Shown here: positions 63,670 to 64,000 of the stretch, piece after piece
How the letters are laid out: each line of letters starts with the position of its first letter
Position numbering within the stretch: position 1 is the first letter of the stretch
Assembly: GCA_963815195.1 (NCBI GenBank)
Contig: CAWFGE010000020.1
Coordinates: 1-64,000 of the forward strand
DNA from: an uncultured Planctomycetaceae bacterium
GTDB taxonomy: Bacteria > Planctomycetota > Planctomycetia > Planctomycetales > Planctomycetaceae
Direction of reading: 5' to 3'
Length of the DNA: 64,000 bases
The notes under the pieces: model-generated
Told to the model about the DNA's origin: nothing
Databases searched by the model: none
Seen by the model: the letters and a program-made list of their open reading frames with translations, nothing else
Made by a program: the position numbers and the translations under genes

Positions 63670-64000
63670 ATGAACACTTCCCAAATCCACCAACTCCTGC
63701 TCGAACAATTTGGCGAAGCCAAAATCACCGGGGCCAATCTGGAAGCGACCGACCCGTGGGTGGAAGTCGCGGCCTCGGCCATTTTGGAAGTCGCGGCGTT
63801 CCTGAAAGACGACCCCCGGCTCGCGTTCGATCATTTGAACGACCTGTGCGGCGCCGATTACTGCGAACCGGACCCCAAAAAAGCCAAGAAGTTCCCCCAC
63901 GAGCCGCACGTGGAAGTCGTGTATCACCTTTCCAGCTACGACCAAAAACATTCCCTGGTGGTCAAAGTCAAGCTCCCCCGCTGGCAGGACGGACGGGAAG
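63670..64000 (+). CDS. nuoC: NADH-quinone oxidoreductase subunit C (runs off the window)
   Basis: FLKDDPRLAFDHLNDLCGADY, EVVYHLSSY, LVVKVKLPR. Confidence 0.88.
   Translation, partial: MNTSQIHQLLLEQFGEAKITGANLEATDPWVEVAASAILEVAAFLKDDPRLAFDHLNDLCGADYCEPDPKKAKKFPHEPHVEVVYHLSSYDQKHSLVVKVKLPRWQDGRE

Overview
A bacterial chromosomal window, most likely from a planctomycete (DUF1501/DUF1800 pair, secreted PQQ-type beta-propeller, flhA-flhF-flhG-fliA, many palindromic intergenic repeats). It has three parts. (1) From about 4.9 to 28 kb is an integrated mobile element ending at tRNA-Pro(CGG). It carries an integrase and excisionase, a MOBF/TrwC relaxase, a coupling-protein-like ATPase with no mating-pair genes in view, and a second tyrosine recombinase with a symmetric dif-like site directly before its start codon. 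It also has an ArdC/methyltransferase establishment cluster and a complete plasmid-type replicon (parA, RHH partner, repA, 18-bp iterons, AT-rich tract, DnaA box). (2) Core genes occupy 28.4-37.6 kb and 45.4-64 kb, including clpC, a Clp_N-ThiD2-ThiE fusion, flagellar genes and nuo genes. (3) From 37.6 to 45.2 kb is an accessory hotspot. It holds an orphan Hint-toxin tip and immunity pair bracketed by identical 149-bp REPIN-like repeats, an IS1380, and an integron-type cassette array (three attC sites plus remnants, no intI in the window) carrying several immunity-like genes. REP-like palindromes sit at most gene and cassette breakpoints there. Many single-base frameshifts, including two in clpC, look like sequencing or assembly indels. 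All family assignments come from motif recognition by eye, not from database searches.
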